DNA from: an uncultured Bdellovibrionales bacterium
Lineage (GTDB): Bacteria > Patescibacteriota > Minisyncoccia > Moranbacterales > UBA1568
Length of the DNA: 64,000 nt
NCBI GenBank assembly: GCA_964488025.1
Contig: CAZATJ010000002.1
Coordinates: 13,840-77,839, forward strand
Direction of reading: 5' to 3'
Both the position numbers and the translations under genes were made by a program. Shown here in pieces: positions 39,293-48,133 of this stretch (its first letter is position 1; each line of letters opens with the position of its first letter). The notes below the pieces were generated by a model that searched no databases, was not told the DNA's origin, and worked only from the letters and a program-made list of their open reading frames with translations.

Positions 39293-40927
39293 ATGTCTCT
39301 TTTTTTCTCTCTGTTCTCTCATTTTCGTCTCAATCGGTTTCTACTTCTTCTGGGAAGCGGAACCGCTTCGGTCGTTTTCATCATTCTCAAGAATATCGGA
39401 GCGTTACCCCTTGATAGCGTCACGTTCTTCTTTTTTTCTTTCATCCTTTTTCTTTTTTCCTTGTACCGACCCGGATGGGTCTTTCTTCTTTTCATCGGAG
39501 TTTTGCCGCTCGAAAGTGTCAACCTTGCTCCAGCGGCGTTTGGCGGGTTGATGCTGCGACCATATCAGTGGCTGACAGGCGTGCTTCTTTTGGCAGTCGG
39601 TATTCGCTTTATTTCAGGAAGACTTCCTTTTCGGATGTTTCAACCTCGGTTTTTTGATGCGTTTCCTCTCGTGATGACTCTGGGAGCCTTTCTTGGCCTT
39701 TTTTGGGCACCGATTCCGACATTGGCTCTGAAGCAGGCTTTGGTGGTAATGTCTTTTGCCTCGGTGTATTTTTTGGGACGGATATTTCTCCGTACCCTCT
39801 ATGACGTGCGCCAAACTATCCCATTTTTTCTGGTTTCGAGTAGTATCGTTTTCGGCTATGCACTTTGGCAGAACGTGCGCTTTCTTTTTGGTCAGGTCAG
39901 CTTTCAGGTAATGGCCGGGCGGCCCAATGGTACGTTCGAAGAAGCGGATTGGTTGGGAATGTTTACTCTGCTCGCTTTTGGAGTGGCTCTGGCACTGCTT
40001 GCTCGGACGCTTCATTTCTTGAGAGAGACAACTGAAAAGACTAAGGCGGTTATTCAACTTACCGGAACCGTTTTCTTCCTGACGCTGACCTTTGTGGTGC
40101 TGATCATTACGGTGGCTCGGAGTGCTTGGCTTGGGGCTGTCGTTCTTATGCTGGTCTTCGTTTCCGGGTTACTTTTCCGACGAGGAATTTCATCGTTCCG
40201 AAAATCTTTTCGTAAGATGTTTTCTTTCTTTTTTCTGATGACCCTTTCGTTTCTTCTTGCTTCAGGAGCGGTGTGGGGCTTTCACCTGAGTCCGTTTCAG
40301 TTTCTGAATCGTATCCAAAGTACGGGAAGTGGCTGGCAAAAAATAACCGTTTCCTGTTTCAGTGCTGATACGGCATTGCCGCAAAAACTGAGCGATATGT
40401 CAGAGCTCGCGCTGAATGGTTGTCGGCACATTCTTTTGGAAGAAATCGGACAAGAAGAACGGGCAGGAAGATTCGTTCAGGAAGTCTATCGTCCCGATCC
40501 TAACGTTTCGATTCGGCAGGAGATTTATGGGAAGGTATGGAGCATTGGGAAAAAACATCCTTTTGCCGGTATCGGTTTTGGAAGCATTTCTTCATTTCTG
40601 GGAACCGATGAGCGTGGAATGGGTCTCAATGCGAGTAATATCTTTTTTGAGGTGTGGCTCGGTAGCGGCCTGATGGGACTGCTTGCCTTGAGCATCTTTC
40701 TCTGTCTTCTGGTGTTCCGATCTTGGCAGTGGTATCGTGAAGCGACAGAGGTCTTGGAGTATCAGTTCGCCCTATTCTTGTTGGCGACACTGTTCGGTCT
40801 CACGGTTTTCAATCTTTTTAATTCTGGTTTGTTGCTTGGGTTTTTCTTCGCTTTTCTTTCCTTCGGGGCGCTGGCGCTTGAGAGGAAGACGGGAGCTCAG
40901 TCCCGCAAAGAAGTATTCTATGAATGA
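39293..40927 (+). CDS. O-antigen ligase/polymerase-like polytopic membrane protein
   Basis: 544 aa with more than 10 TM helices and a large external loop. Family-level inference only. Confidence 0.4.
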   Translation: MSLFFSLFSHFRLNRFLLLLGSGTASVVFIILKNIGALPLDSVTFFFFSFILFLFSLYRPGWVFLLFIGVLPLESVNLAPAAFGGLMLRPYQWLTGVLLLAVGIRFISGRLPFRMFQPRFFDAFPLVMTLGAFLGLFWAPIPTLALKQALVVMSFASVYFLGRIFLRTLYDVRQTIPFFLVSSSIVFGYALWQNVRFLFGQVSFQVMAGRPNGTFEEADWLGMFTLLAFGVALALLARTLHFLRETTEKTKAVIQLTGTVFFLTLTFVVLIITVARSAWLGAVVLMLVFVSGLLFRRGISSFRKSFRKMFSFFFLMTLSFLLASGAVWGFHLSPFQFLNRIQSTGSGWQKITVSCFSADTALPQKLSDMSELALNGCRHILLEEIGQEERAGRFVQEVYRPDPNVSIRQEIYGKVWSIGKKHPFAGIGFGSISSFLGTDERGMGLNASNIFFEVWLGSGLMGLLALSIFLCLLVFRSWQWYREATEVLEYQFALFLLATLFGLTVFNLFNSGLLLGFFFAFLSFGALALERKTGAQSRKEVFYE

Positions 40928-42059
40928 AATACGGGCTATCGATATACGGATTCTTGGAAAAAAGCGTACCGGTGATGAGGCGGTGTTTTTCAATCTGACC
41001 AAGGAGCTTTTGGCACTTGATCAGGAGCATACCTATCTGCTTCTGACTGACGAGCGTGACCCACAGAAGATTGCCTTGCTTCAGGGGCGACTCGGATGTG
41101 TCGGACAAAAAAATGTGCGTTTCGTGCCACTTTTTGGAAAAAATCGTTTTGTCTGGAACCTTGTGACCCTGCCATGGTTTCTTCTGAAACATCGGGTTGA
41201 TACCTATCATACGCAGTACATTCTTCCTTTTTTTGTCCCGAAACGTACTGCCGTGTTGCTTCACATTCATGATGTTTCTTTTCGCGCGTTCCCGTCGCTT
41301 ATCGGGTGGAAAGACCGCCTCTTCCTTTCTCTATTTATTCCGCGATCACTTTCGCGAGCTGACCGCATTCTTGTACCATCACAGTTTACGAAAGACGAAA
41401 TAAAGCGCTATTACGGTACTGCTTTGGAAAAGATCGTCGTTATCCAAAATGCCTTCAGCAAGGATTTTCTCGTTCAGGAGGGAGACTTACCGGCTGTGCG
41501 GAAAAAATATGGTCTTCCGGAGCACTTTATTTTGTATGTCGGGACGCTCCAGCCCCGAAAAAATATCGCCTTCCTTGTTCGAGCTTTTGCCGAGGTAAAA
41601 AAACGTCTTCCTCGTTTTCATCTGGTGCTGGTTGGGGATCGGAAAGGACACCATTTCGACAATGAAATAGAAAACGCCATTCGTGAGCTTGATTTGTCGG
41701 CCAGTGTCTTTTTTCCGGGATACGTCGATCAACGCGACTTGCCGACATTCATCCGTGCCTCGTCAGCTTTCGTTTTTCCGTCATTGTATGAAGGATTTGG
41801 GATCCCGCTTCTTGAGGCAATGAGTCAGGGTGTGCCAGTGGCAGCATCGGACATCCCTTGTTTCCGGGAGGTGGCTGGAGACGCGGCCCTCTACTTCAAT
41901 CCTTTGAGTATTGCCTCATGTGAGGAAAAACTGTATACTCTTCTTACTGATATGAGCCTGAGAGACAACGGTATTTTCCTGGGGAGAAGCCGTCTTTCTC
42001 TTTTTTCTTGGGAAAAAAGCGCGGCATCGCTTAACTCTCTCTACGAGACGCTCGAGTAA
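40920..42059 (+). CDS. GT4 family glycosyltransferase
   Basis: Start MNEIRAID overlaps the upstream stop by 8 nt. EGFGIPLLEAMSQGVPVAASDIPCFREVAG motif. Confidence 0.8.
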   Translation: MNEIRAIDIRILGKKRTGDEAVFFNLTKELLALDQEHTYLLLTDERDPQKIALLQGRLGCVGQKNVRFVPLFGKNRFVWNLVTLPWFLLKHRVDTYHTQYILPFFVPKRTAVLLHIHDVSFRAFPSLIGWKDRLFLSLFIPRSLSRADRILVPSQFTKDEIKRYYGTALEKIVVIQNAFSKDFLVQEGDLPAVRKKYGLPEHFILYVGTLQPRKNIAFLVRAFAEVKKRLPRFHLVLVGDRKGHHFDNEIENAIRELDLSASVFFPGYVDQRDLPTFIRASSAFVFPSLYEGFGIPLLEAMSQGVPVAASDIPCFREVAGDAALYFNPLSIASCEEKLYTLLTDMSLRDNGIFLGRSRLSLFSWEKSAASLNSLYETLE

Positions 42060-42080
42060 ATAAAATAAGCTTAATACTCT

Positions 42081-43301
42081 ATGGATTTCTTCCATAAAAC
42101 CGACCCGGATTCCTTGGGGCAGGGGAAAACAGTCAAAAAGAGGCGTTGGCTGAGAATCGTGCTTTTTTTCTTGGCACTCATTTTTATTGGGGGCGCTGTT
42201 TTTGCCTGGAAAACAGGAATAACCCTCGATAAGGTTTCGCAGGGCAATGCCAATATTTTCAAGAGTCTGGTGAAGTCTTTGCCTGGAGTGGAAAAGACAC
42301 TGAAGGGCGAAAAAGAGGGTCGGGTAAACATTCTTCTCTTGGGTATGCGTGGCGAAGGCGTTGGAGGCGGCAGTCTTTTAGCTGATACTATCATGTTGCT
42401 TTCTATCCATCCGAAAAATGGCGAGACCGACATGAGTAAGGCATCACTTATTTCCATTCCGCGCGATCTGTATGTCAAAGTACCTGGCCGTGACGAGCAT
42501 CGCAAAATCAATGCGGTGTATGCTTTGGGTGAAGAACGTTCTCATGGCGGCGGCATAGAGGATATGCGCACCATCGTTTCCGAGGTGACAGGGCTCGATA
42601 TTCCCTATGGAGTCACCATCAATTTTCAGGGTTTTAAGGATTTGGTCAATGCTATCGGTGGCATCACAGTACATCTTGATCAGCCGTTTGAGGAAGGGAT
42701 GCAATTTCGGGGACTGGAGAAGCGGTGTGATGGCCTCAAGTACACGATTTTTTCAGGAAACTACGAGGAAAAGAGAATCAAGAGAAAAAACGGTACTTAC
42801 TACGCCAATCCGAAGCGGTACCCGCTTTGTTTTGAAAAGATGACACCGGAAACTACGGCAGCGCTGGAGTGTGGCGGCGACTTTAAGATTCCGGCCGGGG
42901 ACAATCTTCTTGATGGCGACAAGGCACTCTGTTATGCGCGGGCTCGTTATACTTCCAGCGACTTTGATCGGGCTCGCCGTCAGCAGGAAGTCATCAAGCT
43001 CATCAAGGAAAAGTCGCTCTCTTTAGGGACACTGACTGATTTTTCCAAAGTGAGCGCCATGCTGGAGAGTTTAGGAAACAATGTCAGTACCAATTTGGAA
43101 GCCTGGGAGATGAAGCAGCTACTGGATCTCTATCAGAAAGCTGGCGATGCGGGGACGATCAATCAGAAGGTGCTCGAAAATTCTGAGGAGGGGTTGCTCT
43201 ATAATCCGCCCCAGACCAAAGAGACCGGCTATATCCTTCTTCCGATTGGGGATAATTATGATCGTATTCATGATTTGTTCAAAAGTTCTCTCAACTATTA
43301 A
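42081..43301 (+). CDS. LytR-CpsA-Psr (LCP) family phosphotransferase
   Basis: N-terminal TM anchor, NILLLGMRGEG...ADTIMLLS and LISIPRDLYV blocks. Confidence 0.8.
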   Translation: MDFFHKTDPDSLGQGKTVKKRRWLRIVLFFLALIFIGGAVFAWKTGITLDKVSQGNANIFKSLVKSLPGVEKTLKGEKEGRVNILLLGMRGEGVGGGSLLADTIMLLSIHPKNGETDMSKASLISIPRDLYVKVPGRDEHRKINAVYALGEERSHGGGIEDMRTIVSEVTGLDIPYGVTINFQGFKDLVNAIGGITVHLDQPFEEGMQFRGLEKRCDGLKYTIFSGNYEEKRIKRKNGTYYANPKRYPLCFEKMTPETTAALECGGDFKIPAGDNLLDGDKALCYARARYTSSDFDRARRQQEVIKLIKEKSLSLGTLTDFSKVSAMLESLGNNVSTNLEAWEMKQLLDLYQKAGDAGTINQKVLENSEEGLLYNPPQTKETGYILLPIGDNYDRIHDLFKSSLNY

Positions 43302-43319
43302 AACTGCTGAACAATCCTG

Positions 43320-44147
43320 GTGATGGAAACGAAAGAGCTTACTATTGCTGTCAATAGCTATAGAAATCCAGAGATTCTCCGTCTCTGCCTTCAGTCTATA
43401 CGGAAAGAGATGTCCCAGACAGCTATTGATTACGAGGTATTGGTGGCCGATAGCGCTACTGAGGAGGACACGGAAATGATGATGCGGGAAGAATTTCCGG
43501 AGATCCGTTTTTTCCCTTTTGTTTCCAATGTCGGATTCAAAACACTGGTCAACACTTCTCTTGATGAAGCTTGGGGAGAATATGTTTTTCTTATCAACAG
43601 TGATATCATACTCAGTCCCGGTGCCGTTCCGGCCATGCTTGATTATCTCAAACAACATCCCGAAGCGGGTGTTTTAGGACCAAAGCAGTTCAATTTCAAC
43701 GGCACTCTTCAGCGGAGCTGTTTTCACTTTTATCGTCCGCAGACGATTCTTTATCGTCGGACATGGCTCGGAAAACTTCCCTTTGCCAAAAAACATCTGG
43801 CCTGGTTCACCCTGGCAGATCAGGATCTTTCCGTACCGATTGCCGTAGACTGGATTATCGGTTCCGCGCTTCTGGTTTCACGAGAAAAGGCGAAACTGGT
43901 TGGACCCATGGATGACCGCTTTTTTATGTATATGGAAGATGTCGATTGGTGCCGTCGTTTTTGGGAAAAAGGATTCAAGGTGATACATTTTCCAGGTGCC
44001 TTTGTGTACCATTATCATGGGAAAGGAAGTGCTAAGGGTGGATTTTTCGGCTCACTTCTCTTTAATCGTCTTACTTGGTATCATATTGAAAGCGCGCTCA
44101 AATATTTTTGGAAGTATTATCGTGAACCATTGCCACCGGTAAGGTAA
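43320..44147 (+). CDS. GT2 family glycosyltransferase (soluble, rhamnosyltransferase-like)
   Basis: ELTIAVNSYRN, VADSATEED, INSDII (DXD-like), DVDWCRRF. Confidence 0.75.
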   Translation: MMETKELTIAVNSYRNPEILRLCLQSIRKEMSQTAIDYEVLVADSATEEDTEMMMREEFPEIRFFPFVSNVGFKTLVNTSLDEAWGEYVFLINSDIILSPGAVPAMLDYLKQHPEAGVLGPKQFNFNGTLQRSCFHFYRPQTILYRRTWLGKLPFAKKHLAWFTLADQDLSVPIAVDWIIGSALLVSREKAKLVGPMDDRFFMYMEDVDWCRRFWEKGFKVIHFPGAFVYHYHGKGSAKGGFFGSLLFNRLTWYHIESALKYFWKYYREPLPPVR

Positions 44148-44154
44148 AATAATT

Positions 44155-45435
44155 ATGTCTCTTATGACTGAAAATCAAGTAGAAGAACAGAATCGTGGAC
44201 ACAAACTCTTCAAACGAGCTTCCCTTTTCTTTTTCATGATATTCCTTTTTTCGGGAGTGTACTGGTTCGGCTATTTGGAGGGGCAGGGGACGAGTAGCGA
44301 AACTTCATCGGAAGTCCTGTCTCCGGACGATGCCATTATCGTCAATAAGAAAGGTGGCGACAGCACGATAGATTTCTCCCTCTTTTGGAAGGTTTGGGAA
44401 ATCCTAAAAGACAAGTATGTCGATAAATCGAAGCTTGACGCGAAGGAGCTTTTTTATGGTGCCATAGATGGTATGCTGGCGGCAACTGGAGATCCCTATA
44501 CGACGTTTTTTAGCCCCAAAGAAAATAAGGAGTTTAATGAAGATATATCAGGCACGTTTGAAGGTATTGGCGCCGAAATGGGCATGAAAGACGACATCAT
44601 CACGGTCATCGCGCCGATTGAGGGAATGCCGGCAGAAAAAGCTGGAATCATGGCTGGTGACAAGATTGTAAAAATTGATGATGTCATCTCCAGTAACTAC
44701 TCTCTTGATGAGGCCGTCAAACACATACGTGGCAAAAAGGGTACTGAAGTGAAACTCACTATTTTCCGCGAAGGCGAGGAAGAGACGCGGGATATTCTTG
44801 TCACTCGGGATGTCATCCTGGTCAAAAGCGTTCGCTTCGAGATAAAGGATGATGGTATTGCCTATATCCGGGTCACTCGTTTCGGTGATGATACCGAAAC
44901 AGAATTCAAGAATGCGGTCAGGGAGACGCTTCAGAAAAAATCAAGAGGGGTAGTCATTGATCTCCGTAATAATCCAGGAGGATTTCTCGAAACTGCTGTT
45001 AATATGGCAAGCCTGATGCTTCCTGCCGGAAAGGTGGTAGTGATAGAAGAGGATGGTTCAGGGAATCGCCGAGAGCTTACGGCGCGTGGCGGCAACATTC
45101 TTGATACTCTCCCGACGGTACTTCTCATCAATCAGGGAAGTGCCAGCGCATCGGAAATTCTTGCTGGAGCACTTCGTGATAATCGCGAAGACGTCGTCTT
45201 AGTAGGGAAAAAATCATTCGGTAAGGGATCGGTTCAGGAACTTATCTCGGTGAGCAAGGAAACAGCAGTCAAGATTACCGTTGCTCGCTGGCTTACTCCT
45301 TCCGGAAAACAGATTCACAATGTCGGTATTTCTCCGGACGTCGAAGTCGGTCTCTCAAGCGATGACGTGAAGGAAAAGCGCGACCCGCAGCTTGAAAAAG
45401 CCATCGAAGAAATAAAGAAGCTTTTGGCAAAATAA
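44155..45435 (+). CDS. ctpA: C-terminal processing peptidase S41 with PDZ domain
   Basis: PDZ GMPAEKAGIMAGDKIVKIDD, S41 blocks VIDLRNNPGGFL and INQGSASASEILAG. Confidence 0.85.
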   Translation: MSLMTENQVEEQNRGHKLFKRASLFFFMIFLFSGVYWFGYLEGQGTSSETSSEVLSPDDAIIVNKKGGDSTIDFSLFWKVWEILKDKYVDKSKLDAKELFYGAIDGMLAATGDPYTTFFSPKENKEFNEDISGTFEGIGAEMGMKDDIITVIAPIEGMPAEKAGIMAGDKIVKIDDVISSNYSLDEAVKHIRGKKGTEVKLTIFREGEEETRDILVTRDVILVKSVRFEIKDDGIAYIRVTRFGDDTETEFKNAVRETLQKKSRGVVIDLRNNPGGFLETAVNMASLMLPAGKVVVIEEDGSGNRRELTARGGNILDTLPTVLLINQGSASASEILAGALRDNREDVVLVGKKSFGKGSVQELISVSKETAVKITVARWLTPSGKQIHNVGISPDVEVGLSSDDVKEKRDPQLEKAIEEIKKLLAK

Positions 45436-45514
45436 CCCATTTTTTGGACTTGCTCAGTAGCCTGACACTCGCTATAATAGAAGCTGCTCGTAATCATTAA
45501 AAGACATACCTGTT

Positions 45515-45796
45515 ATGAAAAAGACACAGATACGACCGTTGGGTGAGAATATTTTGGTACAACCTGAAAGGCCAGAACAGAAAACAGAGGCCGGAATTTA
45601 CCTCCCGGAAACAGCCAAGGAAGAGCGTTCTCAGTTCGGGAAGGTAGTGGCGATAGGGGAAAGCGACAAGATTAAAGTTAAAGCTGGAGACACGGTCATT
45701 TTTCGCCTGTACGGAGGTGAAGAAATAACCGTCTTCGGTGAGAAATACCTTCTTACCAGCTACAAGGATATCCTCGCGGTTATCAATCGGAAGTAG
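45515..45796 (+). CDS. groES: co-chaperonin GroES
   Basis: IRPLGENILVQ...EAGIYLPE...GKVVAIGE. No groEL downstream (a convergent gene follows). Confidence 0.9.
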   Translation: MKKTQIRPLGENILVQPERPEQKTEAGIYLPETAKEERSQFGKVVAIGESDKIKVKAGDTVIFRLYGGEEITVFGEKYLLTSYKDILAVINRK

Positions 45797-45816
45797 GTGA
45801 AAAAGCTGATTTCTGT

Positions 45817-46629
45817 CTATGGTTCGAGAAGGAATATAGATTCCGGTGTCAGGTGGTTATTTCCGCTGAGCGCTTTCGCTGAGAAGATGTTGAGGTCGTA
45901 AAGTCTCACAGCGCCCCGGAAGGATACATATTCGGATTCTCCATAGACGATGACAATGGTAGCGGGAGGAATTTCTTCAAAGCGTTTTTCCAACTGATCA
46001 AGAGGGATGTTCTTTGATCCCTTGATATGTTTTTTCTGATAATTTTGTTCCGATTGAACATCAAGCAAAAAGACGTCTTCTTGAATGTTCAAAAACTCGG
46101 ATTGGGAGATGTAAGTAACCTTTGATTGGTCGATGAACGATTTCGGATCGCCGATAGAAATCGTTTGATTGCCTCCTTTTTTCCATCCCTCGAATCCTCC
46201 TTCGAGGAGGAATATTCGTGCTGATGATTTCTGTTTGAGTGAGTTCTCCACTATTTCGAGCATTTTTGTATCCTGAGAAGAGAAAATAACAACAACCAGC
46301 TCATCCTGTTCCGGAAGGAATGAATCGAGTGCCGAAGGTGAAAGAGAGAAGGAACGCGGGATGTGCTCGATTTTGAAGCTTTCCTGGTCTCTGACATCAA
46401 GAAGACGTATTTTCTCCCGATTGATTATTTTTTGACGAACAGCTTCAGCGGTTATCATGGGCACTTTCCCTGTTTCTTCCTTAGCCGCCTCAGAGGAAGC
46501 TCCGTCAGAACTTTGATTTTTCAAACTATTGTTCCAGAATTTCTGGAACAGGAAAACACCTCCCACTAAGAGGATGCATATTCCGCCAATAAGGACGGCT
46601 TTCGTGTCGCTGTTTCTTTTCGAAAACAT
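45817..46629 (-). CDS. membrane-anchored tandem rhodanese-like domain protein lacking catalytic Cys
   Basis: N-terminal TM helix. Two rhodanese-like modules (HIPRSF, HIKGSKNIP). The active-site positions hold Ser/Gly rather than Cys. Confidence 0.5.
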   Translation of the reverse strand: MFSKRNSDTKAVLIGGICILLVGGVFLFQKFWNNSLKNQSSDGASSEAAKEETGKVPMITAEAVRQKIINREKIRLLDVRDQESFKIEHIPRSFSLSPSALDSFLPEQDELVVVIFSSQDTKMLEIVENSLKQKSSARIFLLEGGFEGWKKGGNQTISIGDPKSFIDQSKVTYISQSEFLNIQEDVFLLDVQSEQNYQKKHIKGSKNIPLDQLEKRFEEIPPATIVIVYGESEYVSFRGAVRLYDLNIFSAKALSGNNHLTPESIFLLEP

Positions 46630-46656
46630 ACCCGCGCTTTTTAATGGAATAGCTCT

Positions 46657-47637
46657 TTACTCGAGGAAACTTCCAATCAGGCTGCTATTGCCGCGGAGAA
46701 ACTCATCGATAGGCATGGGTGATTTCCCTTCGAGTTGGATTTCTTCGAGGAATATGATTCCGGTAGTTGTCTGAACTCCGATTTTTTCCCCGATTTCGAA
46801 TACTTTCCCCAGTGGTTGACTTACCCGGGTGTTATATTTCTGACAGGAAAGAGTGATGAGTTTCATGCGGATCAGTTCACCATTTTTTCTCCAGTAGGTA
46901 AAAACACCTGGCCAGGGCGAGAGTGCCCGATAGCGGTTGTAGATGCTTTCGGCATCATCGGTCCAGATGATATGACCATCCTGCCGTTCTATCATTTGGC
47001 AGAGCGTCGCTTCTTTTTCTTCTTGTTTGATAGGAGTAATCTGACGCTTCACCCAGAGCGGTAAAGTTTCGAGGAGGAGCGTGGTCCCGGTCGCGACGAG
47101 TTTTTCCGTCAGTGTCAGGGTAGTGTCATCAGGAGCGATAGGTACGGGCACTTGCTTTAATATGTCACCCGTATCCATACCTTGGTCCATAAGCATGATG
47201 GTAACACCGCTCATTTTTTCTCCTGCCAGAATAGCATTTTGGATGGGGGCGGCTCCGCGCCACTTCGGAAGGAGTGAGGGGTGAAAGTTGACGCAGCCGA
47301 AGCCGGGGATGTCGAGAACGGCCTGAGGAAGAATCTTCCCATAAGCAGCGACTACGATCAGATCCGGTTTCCAGGCACGAATGTGTTCTATGGCGAATGA
47401 GTCGATTTTTTCCGGCTGTATGATCGGGAGTTTCTGTTCCAGCGCGGCCGTTTTGACGGGATTTTCCGCAATCTCTTTTTTGCGTCCAGCCGGACTGTCT
47501 CTTTTGGTCACAACGCCGACGATATTATACTGCCGCGTGATCAGAGCGGAAAGCAAAGTGGCGGCGAGTGATGGTGTTCCCATGAAGACGACACGAATCT
47601 TCGGGGTTTCATTCGATAGCGGATTGATCGGTGACAT
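46657..47637 (-). CDS. fmt: methionyl-tRNA formyltransferase
   Basis: RVVFMGTP, NFHPSLLPKWRGAAPI blocks. Confidence 0.9.
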   Translation of the reverse strand: MSPINPLSNETPKIRVVFMGTPSLAATLLSALITRQYNIVGVVTKRDSPAGRKKEIAENPVKTAALEQKLPIIQPEKIDSFAIEHIRAWKPDLIVVAAYGKILPQAVLDIPGFGCVNFHPSLLPKWRGAAPIQNAILAGEKMSGVTIMLMDQGMDTGDILKQVPVPIAPDDTTLTLTEKLVATGTTLLLETLPLWVKRQITPIKQEEKEATLCQMIERQDGHIIWTDDAESIYNRYRALSPWPGVFTYWRKNGELIRMKLITLSCQKYNTRVSQPLGKVFEIGEKIGVQTTTGIIFLEEIQLEGKSPMPIDEFLRGNSSLIGSFLE

Positions 47638-47659
47638 AGTTTTTTTGGTGTTTTCGTTA

Positions 47660-48130
47660 TCAGACCATTTTACTCTGCTTGCGAAAACGGTTGATGATAA
47701 GGATACCGTCGAGATGATCTACTTCGTGCTGAATCACGGTGGCGAGAAATCCGGTCGCTCGGAGTTTTTTGGGAAGACCCTTCTCATTGATATAGCGCAC
47801 GGTGACTGTTTCGGAGCGAAGAATGGGAAGAAATTCTCCTGGCAAGCTGAGACAGCCTTCTTCTGAGATAATTTTTTCTTGGGAGGATGAAGTGATACTC
47901 GGGTTAATAAGATAATATATCTGGTTATCCACTTCGGCAACAGCCAGACGCAAGGAAATGCCGATTTGTGGAGCTGCTAATCCGACGCCTCGTTCTTTGT
48001 GCATCGTTTTGACCATCTTCGGCAAAAGAGTTTGTATTTCCGAAGAGAGCGGGTCCGTGACGAGGGCAGTTTTAGTGAGGAGAATTTCTTTCATTTCTCC
48101 GATGACAAGCGGTAACATACGAAAAATCAC
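47660..48130 (-). CDS. def: peptide deformylase
   Basis: GVGLAAPQIG, EGCLSLPG, HEVDHLDG motifs. Confidence 0.9.
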   Translation of the reverse strand: MIFRMLPLVIGEMKEILLTKTALVTDPLSSEIQTLLPKMVKTMHKERGVGLAAPQIGISLRLAVAEVDNQIYYLINPSITSSSQEKIISEEGCLSLPGEFLPILRSETVTVRYINEKGLPKKLRATGFLATVIQHEVDHLDGILIINRFRKQSKMV

Positions 48131-48133
48131 TTA

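Noticed and set aside
45436-45514. CIRCE heat-shock operator upstream of groES
   Set aside because: No TTAGCACTC-N9-GAGTGCTAA-like inverted repeat is present. Only a sigma70-like TATAAT promoter.
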